Of a stretch of DNA of 64,000 nucleotides, positions 29,806-40,053 are shown one piece after another. The stretch covers positions 16,638 through 80,637 of the forward strand of contig JAPKAB010000009.1 of assembly GCA_028825475.1 (NCBI GenBank). Direction: 5' to 3'. A program made the position numbers and the translations under genes. The stretch's first letter is position 1; each line of letters opens with the position of its first letter. The DNA is from Ascidiaceihabitans sp. (GTDB taxonomy: Bacteria > Pseudomonadota > Alphaproteobacteria > Rhodobacterales > Rhodobacteraceae). Under the pieces are notes generated by a model. That model was not told the origin of the DNA. It did no database searches and saw only the letters and a program-made list of their open reading frames with translations.

Positions 29806-31136
29806 AGTTTTAGGCCTTTCATATCGCCTTTAATCTCAACAACGCGGTGCGGATAAGGTATCTCGATGCCTGCGTCTTTTAGTGCATTCCAAATGGCGAA
29901 TAGCACTTTTGATTTGTATTTATGTTGTCCGTCATCGATTCCGTTCACCCAGAATTCAAGTGAGAAATCTATACCACTGTCACCAAAACCCATCAGTTCA
30001 CAATCAGGCGGATAAGGCTTGTCCAGCACCTCCGGCAGCTTCGCTACAGCCGCTGCGACGATAGCAGGTACAAGATTAATGTCAGTATCGTAGCTAACCG
30101 AAAACGGCGCTTCATATCGATTAGCAGATCCACTGTCTGAGTAATTCACAACCCGTGTAGTGATGAAATCTTCATTGGGAATAACGATCCAGCGACCATC
30201 GTAGGTTTCCAAGATTGCGGCCCGTGCAGTCATGCGCACAATCACACCAGCTTCTCCACCATCCATCTCAACATAGTCCCCAACAGTGGCTTGGCCTTCG
30301 ACTAAAAGGATCACACCAGAGATAAAGTTAGACGCAATCTTTTGCAGGCCAAAACCCAGACCAACACCAATGGCACCACCCAAAACAGCAAGCGCGCTAA
30401 GGTTGATGCCCATGATGTTCATAAGCAGTAAGAAGGCGATGCCGAAGATCATGAACTCAACCGTCTTGCTTGCCAATTGGCGCAAAGACGGGCGCATTTC
30501 TTCTTGCTTGTGGATGAAGCTCGCCGACTGCTGGTTGGACCATCCGCCCAACCAAAACAGCAAAGAACCAGCAATCAGGCCACGTACCAATGCCATGACG
30601 GAAAACTTGATGTTACCTACGGCAACTTCGGTGGCGGTTAGCTGTGCTTGCGCCAAATCCAGGAGGCCCAGCGCATAAAGTGCAGCAATCGGGATAAATA
30701 CGAATTTGCCAATTGTTTTGAGGAACGGATCAGTAATGATCGATTGAACCAATACCCGCACCGCTAGGAACAAGAAAACCCGTTTACCAAAGGCAATCAC
30801 AGCACCACTGTCGAACAAGGATCGTACAATCCCCTCTCCAATGCCTGTGAATCCGTACGCTAGTAACGGCAAGAGCAGTGGTAGGAACTGCATGACGAAA
30901 CGGCGCGGTTGCGCAAAAATGTTTGTGCTGTCACCTGGATTTAGAAGGTTTTCCAAAAACGGACTAAGGCGGCGCGCAACCAAGACCGCAGCCAAGTACG
31001 CAACAACCAACAAACCAAACTGTGACCACGCCGCTGGGCTAAGCAACCAACTTCCCGCAAGTTCCCAACCTTGGACCAAATATCCGGCAGCCGTTTGGAC
31101 AATTTCTGGCTGTGTTTCTAAATTTATACCGAACAT
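29802..31136 (-). CDS. mechanosensitive ion channel (MscS family)
   Basis: N-terminal TM helices, then the MscS pore/beta domain (GFGLQKIASNFISGVILLVEGQATVGDYVE). Confidence 0.85.
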   Translation of the reverse strand: MFGINLETQPEIVQTAAGYLVQGWELAGSWLLSPAAWSQFGLLVVAYLAAVLVARRLSPFLENLLNPGDSTNIFAQPRRFVMQFLPLLLPLLAYGFTGIGEGIVRSLFDSGAVIAFGKRVFLFLAVRVLVQSIITDPFLKTIGKFVFIPIAALYALGLLDLAQAQLTATEVAVGNIKFSVMALVRGLIAGSLLFWLGGWSNQQSASFIHKQEEMRPSLRQLASKTVEFMIFGIAFLLLMNIMGINLSALAVLGGAIGVGLGFGLQKIASNFISGVILLVEGQATVGDYVEMDGGEAGVIVRMTARAAILETYDGRWIVIPNEDFITTRVVNYSDSGSANRYEAPFSVSYDTDINLVPAIVAAAVAKLPEVLDKPYPPDCELMGFGDSGIDFSLEFWVNGIDDGQHKYKSKVLFAIWNALKDAGIEIPYPHRVVEIKGDMKGLKL

Positions 31137-31195
31137 GGTTTCACCTTTACCAATTTAAAGCCGTCAATGCAGTGCCTGAGGCCTTGGCGCAAGGG

Positions 31196-31804
31196 TTAGC
31201 GGCACATAGCCTTTATTCCTTGGGCTATTTCAGGGCTCGCATTCATAACGTCGTGACAAAGATCGTGGGCATAATCCATCAATTCTTCAGGTTCAACCAG
31301 CCGGTCAACCAGTCCAAAATCAAGCGCCTCAGATGCGGTGATTTTTTGACCACCCATCAAAATCAATTTGGTTCGTGCGGGCCCAATCAAAGCGGTCATC
31401 CGTTTGGGGTCAGAGGGTTGTGGCAAAAAGCCCAACTTCATCACTGGATAGAAGAACTTAGCCGTTGGGACGGCAATACGAATATCGCAAGCCAATGCCA
31501 TCCCCGTCGCGCCACCCGCAAGTGTCCCGTTTAATGCCGCAATGGTTAGGCATGGCAAGTTCTCGATGGCTCCGGACAAACGTTCCCAAATATCTGACAC
31601 CGCCAAACCAGCACGCGCTTGATCCAGATCAGCACCCGCACTGAAAACTTTACCAGCGCCGGTGATGATAACCGCCTTCGCATCCCCTGCGCTTTCAGTA
31701 ATCAGCGCCAATTCAGTCAACATCTCGAGCGTCAGAGAATTCGCCTTTTCGGGGCGATTGATCGTGATGATCCAAACGCCGTTTGATTTAGCTAGGTCAA
31801 TCAA
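31196..31804 (-). CDS. enoyl-CoA hydratase/isomerase (crotonase) family protein, short form
   Basis: The crotonase signatures ITINRPEKANSL, FSAGADL and ALNGTLAGGATGMALACDIRIA. Confidence 0.8.
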   Translation of the reverse strand: MIDLAKSNGVWIITINRPEKANSLTLEMLTELALITESAGDAKAVIITGAGKVFSAGADLDQARAGLAVSDIWERLSGAIENLPCLTIAALNGTLAGGATGMALACDIRIAVPTAKFFYPVMKLGFLPQPSDPKRMTALIGPARTKLILMGGQKITASEALDFGLVDRLVEPEELMDYAHDLCHDVMNASPEIAQGIKAMCR

Positions 31805-32550
31805 ATCAGGCCAACCCGTTTGCGCAAATCTTCGTCTCGCAGAGATAGCTCTTGGCCACAGTATTGATCAGCATCCGAACCACACATCCAAAGCAATGCG
31901 CGCGCGGGCCAATCCGCTGGAATATGAACGTCCCAGTCCAATTGGCTGACGGGATTGATCCCAGACGCCTTGATCTCAACCTGCATTTGGGTCGCAACCG
32001 TCCCCGGTGAAAGCCCAATGGCACGGATGCTATCGGCACCGTTTTCTTTGTGAACGCACTCAGTCAGCATTTTCACCGCAGCTTTGGAAGCACAATAGTG
32101 GCTCCACGCCTCAACAGGGCCGTGGGCTGCACCTGAACTGATCGTAAGGATACTGCCGCCACCTGAGGCGATCATCATCGGTAAGACAGCCCGCATGCCG
32201 TTGAACACGCCCTTCAGATTAATATCAATGACGGTTCCCCATTCATCCGGGTTTGCACTCGCGAGGTGGGCGATAGGTTCGATTACACCTGCGTTGTTAA
32301 TCAAGATATCGACACTACCAAAGGTTTCTTTGGCCTTTGCGATTGCACCTTCAACCGAAGCATAGCTCGCTACGTCACAGGTTAGTCCTATGGCTTGCTC
32401 GCCGATCTCAGCCGCAAGTTTTTCGATCGCATCCGAATTACGCGCTATCAGCGCAACATTTGCACCTGCAGCAGCAAAGACACGTGCAGCTTCTGCACCA
32501 ATTCCACGGCTTGCACCTGTAATTACAACGGTTTTTCCTGCTACGTTCAT
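31801..32550 (-). CDS. SDR-family oxidoreductase
   Basis: TGASRGIG, NNAG, and the catalytic YCASKAA. 4-nt overlap with the crotonase gene. Confidence 0.9.
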   Translation of the reverse strand: MNVAGKTVVITGASRGIGAEAARVFAAAGANVALIARNSDAIEKLAAEIGEQAIGLTCDVASYASVEGAIAKAKETFGSVDILINNAGVIEPIAHLASANPDEWGTVIDINLKGVFNGMRAVLPMMIASGGGSILTISSGAAHGPVEAWSHYCASKAAVKMLTECVHKENGADSIRAIGLSPGTVATQMQVEIKASGINPVSQLDWDVHIPADWPARALLWMCGSDADQYCGQELSLRDEDLRKRVGLI

Positions 32551-32699
32551 TTTAGAAACCCTTTAAAATTCAAAGACTGTGCTTATTTGCTAATCGGCGG
32601 AAGGTTGCGCGTCTAGCATCCTGCACCCTTGACCCCAACGCTGAGCTATTAAACCATGGACCACCTAACCGTTTCTCCGAAAGATCAGGAATTTAATTG

Positions 32700-34229
32700 A
32701 TGTCTACGTTTTCAAAAATTTATTGCACTTCAGCCCTTAGCCTATTGCTTGGTACAACTGCCGGCTTTGCTGATGTCACAAACGCCGACGTTTGGGAGAA
32801 CTGGCAAGGCTATATGACCTCAATGGGTTATGAAGTCACTGCAAATGAATCTGTGTCCGGTAACATACTGACAATCACAGATGTTAAAATGGCTATGGAT
32901 TTCGCTATCGGTGATGACAACATGGTGGCCGCACTACCTGAAATTCAATTCACAGAACAAAGTGACGAAAGCGTTCGCGTAACTATTCCTAAAAAGACAA
33001 TTATCGATCTTGATCTGACCCTAGAAACCGGAGAAGCGGTCAGCGCATCTATCGGATATAGCCAAGACGGTTTGGATATGATCGTGACCGGCGATCCCGA
33101 CAACTTCAACTATACATATTCCGCCAAAGAGCTGGACATGACGTTGGACCATCTAACTGTTGATGAGGAGGTAATCGGAGTTGACCTTGCTAAAGCACGG
33201 GTTAGCCTGATGAACGTGAACGGTAATTCTACAATCTCAACGTCAGAATTACGGGCATACTCACAGGCCGCTACCATAGGCGCAATTAAGTATAACGCTG
33301 CATTCTTTGATCCTGAGTCGGGTGGCAAACTCAAGATTGGGGGAGCCATAAATGATCTGGTTTCTGACAGCACAGGCACAATTCCAAACACTGGCATAAA
33401 GGCACAAGACGTCGTCGCAATGCTGGATGCAGGTTTGGCTGTAAAAGGTGCGTTAACTTACCAAGCTGGCAACATGGACATCGCATTTGATGGGCCTGAT
33501 GGCGCAGGCACTGCAACCACGTCTTCCACTGGTGGTGAGGTTGCGTTTGAAATGGGCTCCAATGGTATGAGCTATAACGTTGGTCAAAAAAATCTGGCTG
33601 TAAATGCGTTAGTACCTGATGTTCCATTACCAATAACACTCATCATGGCCGAGTCTAAATTCAACCTCGCGATGCCACTTCGTAAATCCGACGAAGAACA
33701 GGATTTCGCATTTGGATTCACTATGGGTGATTTCACGGTTTCAGATATGCTGTGGAGCATGTTTGATCCAGCCGCAAACTTACCACGCAACCCAGCAACG
33801 TTCGCGGTTGATCTGTCCGGTAAGGCAAAAGTCTTATTTGATTTCTTCGACCCAGATCAAGCCGCCGCATTGGAAAGTAGTGGTGCCGCACCTGGTGAAC
33901 TGAATGCCCTATCGCTGAATTCACTTGTCGTTGATGCCGTCGGGGCTCGCCTCACAGCTGCAGGTGACTTCACATTCGACAACACCGATTTGGTAAGCTT
34001 TGATGGCATGCCGCGTCCAACAGGGGGCATTGACCTGAAACTGGTTGGTGGCAATGGTCTGCTGGATAACTTGGTCAACGTGGGCATACTCCCAGAGCAA
34101 CAAGCGATGGGTGCCCGCATGATGATGGGCCTATTCGCCCGTGCTGGAACAGAACCAGACACCGTCACTTCTAAGATTGAGATTAACGACGCAGGTCATA
34201 TCTTAGCCAACGGTCAGCGCATCCAATAG
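32700..34229 (+). CDS. DUF2125-domain exported protein
   Basis: Signal peptide, then WENWQGYMTSMGYEV...LTITDVKM. The roughly 500-aa repeat-like architecture matches what I recall of DUF2125 in Rhodobacterales. Function unknown. Confidence 0.6.
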   Translation: MSTFSKIYCTSALSLLLGTTAGFADVTNADVWENWQGYMTSMGYEVTANESVSGNILTITDVKMAMDFAIGDDNMVAALPEIQFTEQSDESVRVTIPKKTIIDLDLTLETGEAVSASIGYSQDGLDMIVTGDPDNFNYTYSAKELDMTLDHLTVDEEVIGVDLAKARVSLMNVNGNSTISTSELRAYSQAATIGAIKYNAAFFDPESGGKLKIGGAINDLVSDSTGTIPNTGIKAQDVVAMLDAGLAVKGALTYQAGNMDIAFDGPDGAGTATTSSTGGEVAFEMGSNGMSYNVGQKNLAVNALVPDVPLPITLIMAESKFNLAMPLRKSDEEQDFAFGFTMGDFTVSDMLWSMFDPAANLPRNPATFAVDLSGKAKVLFDFFDPDQAAALESSGAAPGELNALSLNSLVVDAVGARLTAAGDFTFDNTDLVSFDGMPRPTGGIDLKLVGGNGLLDNLVNVGILPEQQAMGARMMMGLFARAGTEPDTVTSKIEINDAGHILANGQRIQ

Positions 34230-34247
34230 GTCAACGATTTTTTTCGG

Positions 34248-34280
34248 AAAGGGCCGTGCAATTCGCGCGGCCCTTTTTTT
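34248..34280 (+). terminator. rho-independent terminator after the DUF2125 gene
   Basis: aaagggccg ... cggcccttt stem, followed by a T7 run. Confidence 0.8.
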
Positions 34281-34345
34281 GGCCAACCCTTGCGCCACGT
34301 CCGCAGCAAGGGTACCTCATAACCAACTTCCAAGGGAGACGCCAA

Positions 34346-35692
34346 ATGCCGCAGCCCCTCGACGCGCTGACACAATCACTTTTATCTGCCGCCAAACGTG
34401 CAGGGGCCGACGCCGCTGATGCAATGGCAGTTCAAGGCACATCAGTCTCGATTGACGTGCGTGCGGGTGCATTGGAACATGCTGAACGCTCTGAAGGGAT
34501 CGATATTGGCCTTCGCGTCTTTGTTGGTCAAAAGATTGCAAATGTTTCTGCATCCGACACGTCAACACGCACCATTGATGAAATGGCGCAGCGCGCTGTG
34601 GCTATGGCGCAAGAGGCACCTGATGATCCCTATGCTGGCCTAGCCGATCCATCTCAGTTGATTGCCGATTGGGACATTGATGCGCTGGAATTGCACGATG
34701 CCACGTCAGAACCTGCACCCGATACTTTGCAACAAGACGCCGCTGAAGCAGAAGCTGCTGCAATGGACGTTCATGGCATCACCCAAGTTCAATCTGCCAG
34801 CGCAGCTTATGGCGCACGACAGATTCATCTAGCCGCAAGTAACGGGTTTTCGGGCGGATATGCACGGACTGATCGCGCCCTAAGCTGTGTTGCGATTGCT
34901 GGCACAGGTACTGGAATGGAGCGCGATTACGCAGGTGACAGCCGCATCTTTCAGGCTGATCTGCGCGATGCTGGCGAAATCGGGCGTGAAGCTGCAGAAC
35001 GCGCCCTTGCCCGCATGGACGCACGCAAACCACCAACCGGATCGTACCCCGTATTGTTCGACGAGCGTGTTTCATCGACTTTGATCGGTCATCTTCTCGC
35101 CGCAGTAAATGGTGCCTCCGTTGGCCGAGGCGCATCATGGTTGCGTGACTCATTGGGTGAACAGGTTTTACCTGCACACCTATCCGTTCTTGAGGATCCA
35201 CATCGCCCACGTACAGGTGCATCCCGCCCATTTGATGCTGAAGGTTTACCAACCACAAAACGTGCTATCATCGAAGATGGTATTTTGACGGGTTGGACAT
35301 TGGATTTGGCGAATGCGCGCAAATTGGGCATGGCATCTACTGGTAATGCCGCACGTGGTACCGCATCCGGCCCCTCACCTAGCATTTGGAACACCGCGTT
35401 AACGCAAGGCACTGCATCCAAAAGCGACCTAATTCGTGACATGGGGACCGGCCTGTTAGTGACCTCAATGATCGGTTCAACCATCAATCCAAACACTGGT
35501 GATTATTCACGCGGTGCCGCAGGATTGTGGGTGGAAAACGGCGAAGTTCAATATGCGGTAAACGAATGCACTATCGCTGGTAACCTGCGTCAGATGTTGA
35601 TGGGTATTGTGCCTGCAAATGATGCCCGCACCCACCTAAGTCGTGTCGTCCCATCATTGTTGGTTGAGGGAATGACCCTTGCCGGCGAATGA
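34346..35692 (+). CDS. pmbA: TldD/PmbA-family metalloprotease (PmbA)
   Basis: 448 aa of the PmbA/TldD family (GDYSRGAAGLWVENGE). Start is ATG 34346 with GGAG 7 nt upstream. The upstream track extension overlaps a terminator. Confidence 0.85.
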   Translation: MPQPLDALTQSLLSAAKRAGADAADAMAVQGTSVSIDVRAGALEHAERSEGIDIGLRVFVGQKIANVSASDTSTRTIDEMAQRAVAMAQEAPDDPYAGLADPSQLIADWDIDALELHDATSEPAPDTLQQDAAEAEAAAMDVHGITQVQSASAAYGARQIHLAASNGFSGGYARTDRALSCVAIAGTGTGMERDYAGDSRIFQADLRDAGEIGREAAERALARMDARKPPTGSYPVLFDERVSSTLIGHLLAAVNGASVGRGASWLRDSLGEQVLPAHLSVLEDPHRPRTGASRPFDAEGLPTTKRAIIEDGILTGWTLDLANARKLGMASTGNAARGTASGPSPSIWNTALTQGTASKSDLIRDMGTGLLVTSMIGSTINPNTGDYSRGAAGLWVENGEVQYAVNECTIAGNLRQMLMGIVPANDARTHLSRVVPSLLVEGMTLAGE

Positions 35693-36458
35693 CCTAAAAC
35701 TGCTGATCGATGCCGCCTTAATATCCGGGCGCATTGCCACCAGCTATTCTGGCAAAACCGCTAAGAAGTGGGACAAACCCGATGGGGCAGGCCCAGTGAC
35801 CGAAGCTGACTTAGCTGTAAATGATATGCTGTCCGCAACACTTCGCCCAGCTCGTCCAGACTATGGCTGGCTGTCTGAAGAAACCGATGACACAATTGAA
35901 CGTCTTTCCCAAAACAAGGTATTCATCCTTGATCCGATCGACGGGACGCGCAGCTATGCAGAAGGTGCCAACACATGGGCACACTCATTTGCTGTGGCCG
36001 ATCGCGGCTTAATAACGGCCGCTGTCGTATACTTGCCGATGCTTAACAAGATGTACACTGCCGCCTTAGGTAAAGGTGCCCAACTTAATGGCGCACCCAT
36101 TCAGGTTTCAGATCAAGCGGAACTGACTGGCTCATCGATTTTATCAACCAAAGTAAATGTTGAACCGCGTTTTTGGCCAAACGGTGTGCCTGATTTCAAT
36201 CGAAATCATCGCCCCTCACTTGCCTACCGCTTAGCGCTTGTTGCTGAAGGCAAGTTCGACGCCATGTTCACTTTCCGTCCAAGTTGGGAATGGGACATTG
36301 CTGCAGGTGCGCTAATTGTAAGCGAAGCTGGTGGTAAAATCACTGATCAGACAGGCAACCCATTGGTCTTCAACCAGCCTGACTCGCTATTAAACGGCGT
36401 TATCGCAGGTGGTGCGGATGTCCACGCACAGGCACTTACAGCACTGAAATGTAGGTAA
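35679..36458 (+). CDS. inositol monophosphatase family protein (CysQ/SuhB-like)
   Basis: The IMPase motifs WLSEETDD, ILDPIDGT and WEWDIAAG. The TTG start overlaps the end of pmbA. Confidence 0.8.
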   Translation: MPANDLKLLIDAALISGRIATSYSGKTAKKWDKPDGAGPVTEADLAVNDMLSATLRPARPDYGWLSEETDDTIERLSQNKVFILDPIDGTRSYAEGANTWAHSFAVADRGLITAAVVYLPMLNKMYTAALGKGAQLNGAPIQVSDQAELTGSSILSTKVNVEPRFWPNGVPDFNRNHRPSLAYRLALVAEGKFDAMFTFRPSWEWDIAAGALIVSEAGGKITDQTGNPLVFNQPDSLLNGVIAGGADVHAQALTALKCR

Positions 36459-36478
36459 AAGGGAATTGGAGCTTCACC

Positions 36479-37693
36479 ATGCCTAAATCCCTTGAATTGT
36501 CAGCCTACCGTGCCCTTGTGCGGCGCAACCTTCCAACAAAATACACGCCCACTCAAGATCGCCCCGTTGGCGAAGTCCTTTGGTTGAATGCACCAGAATC
36601 TGGGAACGCACTGGCAATACTTGATCTTGCAAAATGGCTATGCGCTCATCGCGATGGTTTGAGCATTCTGATAACTACGAAAGACACGATCAAGTCCCCA
36701 ACACCAGAAATCATCATTGATGTGGCACCCAGTGAACACCCCCATGATATTGCGGCATTCCTCGAACACTGGCATCCAACGGTCAGCCTATGGCTTTGGG
36801 GTGCACTACAACCGAATTTAATAATGGCAACTCATGTAAAAGGCATACAGCTTATCATGGCTGATGCCGATCAAACTGGGTTTGAAAACCGCCGAGATCG
36901 CTGGTTGCCAGAGGTTGCACGTGACGTGATGGTTTGTTTTGACAGTGTTCTTGTTCGTTCAAAAGCATCTCAAGCTCGCCTCACAAAGTTAGTACGCAGC
37001 GGTACGCCTTTAGAGCTTAGCGGCCCAATTATGGCCGGTAGCGTATCTCTGCCCTTTGCACAAAGTGATTTCGATGACTTCTCAGCCATATTGGGGGGAC
37101 GACCCATTTGGTTTGCTGCTGCTGTTCAACCAAATGAAGTCCAAACTGTATTAGCTGCGCACCGCCACGCCCTTCGCCTCTCACATCGTCTGTTGTTGGT
37201 TTTGAACCCTGCCAGCGAAGAGCAAGCTTCAGCCTGTGAGGAACAAATGAAAGAAGATGGTCTGCGCAACTCGCGTTGGGACGACGGCGAAATGCCAGAC
37301 GACAATTGCCAGGTCCTACTTGCGAGCGCACAAGACGAACTGGGGCTTTGGTACCGACTTGCACCACTCTCATTTCTTGGAAGTTCTCTAGCATCTGGCC
37401 AGCATGGACTTGACCCGCTGCAGGCCGCGGGTTTGGGAACTGCGATCCTATACGGTCCAAATGTTCGCAATCACATGCCCAGTTACACACGACTTGCGGC
37501 TGCAGGCGCTGCGCGTATTGTCAATGACACTGGCGCGCTAGGTGTAGCTGTCGCTCAGCTAATTTCACCTGATCACGCTGCCTCTATGGCGATGTCAGGG
37601 TGGGATGTTGTATCACAGGGCGCTGATGTGACTGACCGAATTACTGAACTGGTTACAACGGCCCTTGATGCTGTCGAAGAAGGAACCAATTGA
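36479..37693 (+). CDS. waaA: 3-deoxy-D-manno-octulosonic acid (Kdo) transferase
   Basis: About 400-aa glycosyltransferase with a Kdo-transferase-like N-terminal domain, immediately upstream of and overlapping lpxK. Confidence 0.7.
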   Translation: MPKSLELSAYRALVRRNLPTKYTPTQDRPVGEVLWLNAPESGNALAILDLAKWLCAHRDGLSILITTKDTIKSPTPEIIIDVAPSEHPHDIAAFLEHWHPTVSLWLWGALQPNLIMATHVKGIQLIMADADQTGFENRRDRWLPEVARDVMVCFDSVLVRSKASQARLTKLVRSGTPLELSGPIMAGSVSLPFAQSDFDDFSAILGGRPIWFAAAVQPNEVQTVLAAHRHALRLSHRLLLVLNPASEEQASACEEQMKEDGLRNSRWDDGEMPDDNCQVLLASAQDELGLWYRLAPLSFLGSSLASGQHGLDPLQAAGLGTAILYGPNVRNHMPSYTRLAAAGAARIVNDTGALGVAVAQLISPDHAASMAMSGWDVVSQGADVTDRITELVTTALDAVEEGTN

Positions 37694-38679
37694 TGCGTGC
37701 ACCAAAGTTCTGGGACCAACCATCAAGTTGGCAGGCTATAATACTTGCGCCCTTAGGACATATTTACGCTGCAGCGACCGCGCGACGGCTGGCCAATGGA
37801 TCGCCCTTAAAGCTAAAGATCCCGGTTGTTTGCATCGGTAACATCAACGCTGGTGGCACAGGTAAAACCCCAACAGTTATTGCGGTGACCGAACGTTTGC
37901 GTGATCTATATCACACGCCTCATATCGTGAGCCGCGGATATGGCGGCACGTTGGAGGGTCCTGTTCGTGTGGACCCTGCAATTCACAATGCTGATCATGT
38001 GGGTGATGAACCTTTGCTGCTTGCCGCTTTCGCTGAAGTTTGGGTTTCAAAAGATCGCGCACTGGGTGGCAAAGCCGCGCAAGACGCAGGTGCCACTGTC
38101 ATCGTTCTTGACGATGGGCACCAAAACCCTGCGCTTCATAAGGATCTATCTATTGTGGTCGTTGATGCCCAACATGGGTTTGGGAATGGTCAATGCTTGC
38201 CCGCGGGCCCACTTCGCGAACCCTTAACTGAAGGATTGTTGCGCGCAGATTTATTGCTGTCCATTGGAATTCCATCGACGCAGGAAACCTTTGCATCTTC
38301 ACTACCAAATCTTCAAGTACCACACATTTCAGCAGCTTTAGAGCCGCTGATGACTGGGATGGACTGGGCTGATACCCGGGCGTTTGCCTTTGCCGGAATT
38401 GGGCATCCAGAAAAGTTCTTTGCGACCTTGCGCGGATTAGGAGCGGAAGTCGTTCACACAGAACCATTGGATGATCATCAAAAACTGTCCACCAACTTAC
38501 TTGCCCGTTTCGAAGCAGATGCACGTGCGAAAAGCGCACAATTAGTGACCACGGAAAAGGACGCCGTACGTTTACCACCAGCATTTCGCATGAAGGTCAT
38601 TACCTTGCCCGTTCGTTTGAAATTTGAAGATGATTGTGCCCTGCAATCAGCACTAAAGAGACTGCCGTTGGCTAAATAG
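37693..38679 (+). CDS. lpxK: tetraacyldisaccharide 4'-kinase
   Basis: P-loop [19 protein letters not shown] and DDGHQN. TGATG overlap with waaA. Confidence 0.92.
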   Translation: MRAPKFWDQPSSWQAIILAPLGHIYAAATARRLANGSPLKLKIPVVCIGNINAGGTGKTPTVIAVTERLRDLYHTPHIVSRGYGGTLEGPVRVDPAIHNADHVGDEPLLLAAFAEVWVSKDRALGGKAAQDAGATVIVLDDGHQNPALHKDLSIVVVDAQHGFGNGQCLPAGPLREPLTEGLLRADLLLSIGIPSTQETFASSLPNLQVPHISAALEPLMTGMDWADTRAFAFAGIGHPEKFFATLRGLGAEVVHTEPLDDHQKLSTNLLARFEADARAKSAQLVTTEKDAVRLPPAFRMKVITLPVRLKFEDDCALQSALKRLPLAK

Positions 38680-38699
38680 CCACCGCGCTAGAATTAGAA

Positions 38700-38740
38700 A
38701 ATGGCTGGCAAGTCAAACGTCACGCCAGCCATTGTTTTGA
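38700..38740. terminator. bidirectional terminator hairpin between lpxK and dsbA-family gene
   Basis: 10-bp stem aatggctggc / gccagccatt. Followed by gttttg on the plus strand and tttct on the minus strand. Confidence 0.6.
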
Positions 38741-38745
38741 AAAGT

Positions 38746-39444
38746 TTACTCTAGCTCAGCGTCGATAATTTCTGACATCTCAGCAAAGCTCATGTTCGTG
38801 TGCTTCTTACCATTGATGATAAAACTTGGGGTGCTATCGATGTTATCCGCGCCTGCTTTTTCTTGGTACCAAGCGATCAGGGTTTTCGCTTTGTCATTGT
38901 CATTCAAGCAGACTTCAAGCGTCTCTCCATCAATACCAGCCAAACGACCAAGCTTGCGCAATTCGTCGATAATTGCCGCTGGCTCACCTGCACGTGTCCA
39001 CGAAGATTGGGATTGGAACATCAAGTCAGTTAGACCGAAGAATTTCTCAGGACCCGCACAGCGCGCGATCATCGAAGCCCACAAACCGTAACGATCAAAA
39101 TAGACTTCACGGAAGACAAAGTTGATCTTATCTGTATCGATATAGTTTTTCTTTAGGTCCTTAAATGTACCCGCATGAAAGGATGCACAGTGCGGGCATG
39201 TGTATGATGCATATTCAATCACAGTAACTTTGGCATCTGGGTTACCAATCATCATGTCAGGAATAGTTGATGTATCGACTTCGGCGTCACCATCAGCATT
39301 GTCTGCAACTTCAGTTGCGACAGCTTCTGCCGGTGTTGTCAATTCCGCAGATTGAGATGCGGTGCTTGAGGGTTCGTGTACAAAAATAAAGTACGCGCCA
39401 ACGCCGACAAGCGCGGCAACAATCATTGGAAGAATGCGTTTCAT
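38746..39444 (-). CDS. DsbA-family thiol:disulfide oxidoreductase
   Basis: N-terminal membrane anchor, CPHC active site, DsbA-like fold length. Confidence 0.85.
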   Translation of the reverse strand: MKRILPMIVAALVGVGAYFIFVHEPSSTASQSAELTTPAEAVATEVADNADGDAEVDTSTIPDMMIGNPDAKVTVIEYASYTCPHCASFHAGTFKDLKKNYIDTDKINFVFREVYFDRYGLWASMIARCAGPEKFFGLTDLMFQSQSSWTRAGEPAAIIDELRKLGRLAGIDGETLEVCLNDNDKAKTLIAWYQEKAGADNIDSTPSFIINGKKHTNMSFAEMSEIIDAELE

Positions 39445-39454
39445 ATCGTAATCC

Positions 39455-39970
39455 TTAGGTCTGGGTGTTTTTTTGTTTCATTACATTTGTGCCAAGTCGC
39501 TCAAGGGCTGCTCTCAGCCCTTCATCCCCGACGGCTTGGGTTGTCTCTGCTGCTCGCTTCACAATTCCTGCATCGGGAACCATTTCACTTACTGATTTGG
39601 GCCGATGAGTAAAATCAACCTGACCTTCTGCAAAACCAGTGGTCGCAGTTTGCGTGATCCGCACGCGAGCAATGGCGTTGTAGCCATACACAGAATTTAC
39701 TTTGGCCCGAATTTGTTCCTTTTGCATTTCCAACATAGGCGCTTGGGCACCCGTTGTTAACAATGTTAGTGTCGCGCCCATTCCGCCACGCGCGTAGCTA
39801 ACTTCGACAGGTCTCGCGATTGAGGAAATATCAGGTCCAGCAATCTCTGCCCAATTGGTCAGCAAACGGCTTTGCGCAAAACCACGGCTTTCGCTGGCCG
39901 TGCGAATTCGGTTACCCAACAACGTTGCTGTGCGTTTAAATCCTTTTGTGCTGGTGCGTCGCTGAACCAA
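39455..39970 (-). CDS. DUF721-domain protein
   Basis: RTSTKGFKRTATLLGNRIRTASESRGFAQSRLLTNWAEIAG is typical of DUF721. It lies next to mutY, as in many alphaproteobacteria. Start proposed at TTG 39970 (GAGGAA 6 nt upstream). The track start at 40033 is probably over-extended. Confidence 0.65.
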   Translation of the reverse strand: MVQRRTSTKGFKRTATLLGNRIRTASESRGFAQSRLLTNWAEIAGPDISSIARPVEVSYARGGMGATLTLLTTGAQAPMLEMQKEQIRAKVNSVYGYNAIARVRITQTATTGFAEGQVDFTHRPKSVSEMVPDAGIVKRAAETTQAVGDEGLRAALERLGTNVMKQKNTQT

Positions 39971-40053
39971 AGCTATGTTCCTCACTATCGAAACCCATAA
40001 TAGCGGATCACCCCGCCCAGACCAGCGAAACAAGACAATGCGGAGTATAAAGA

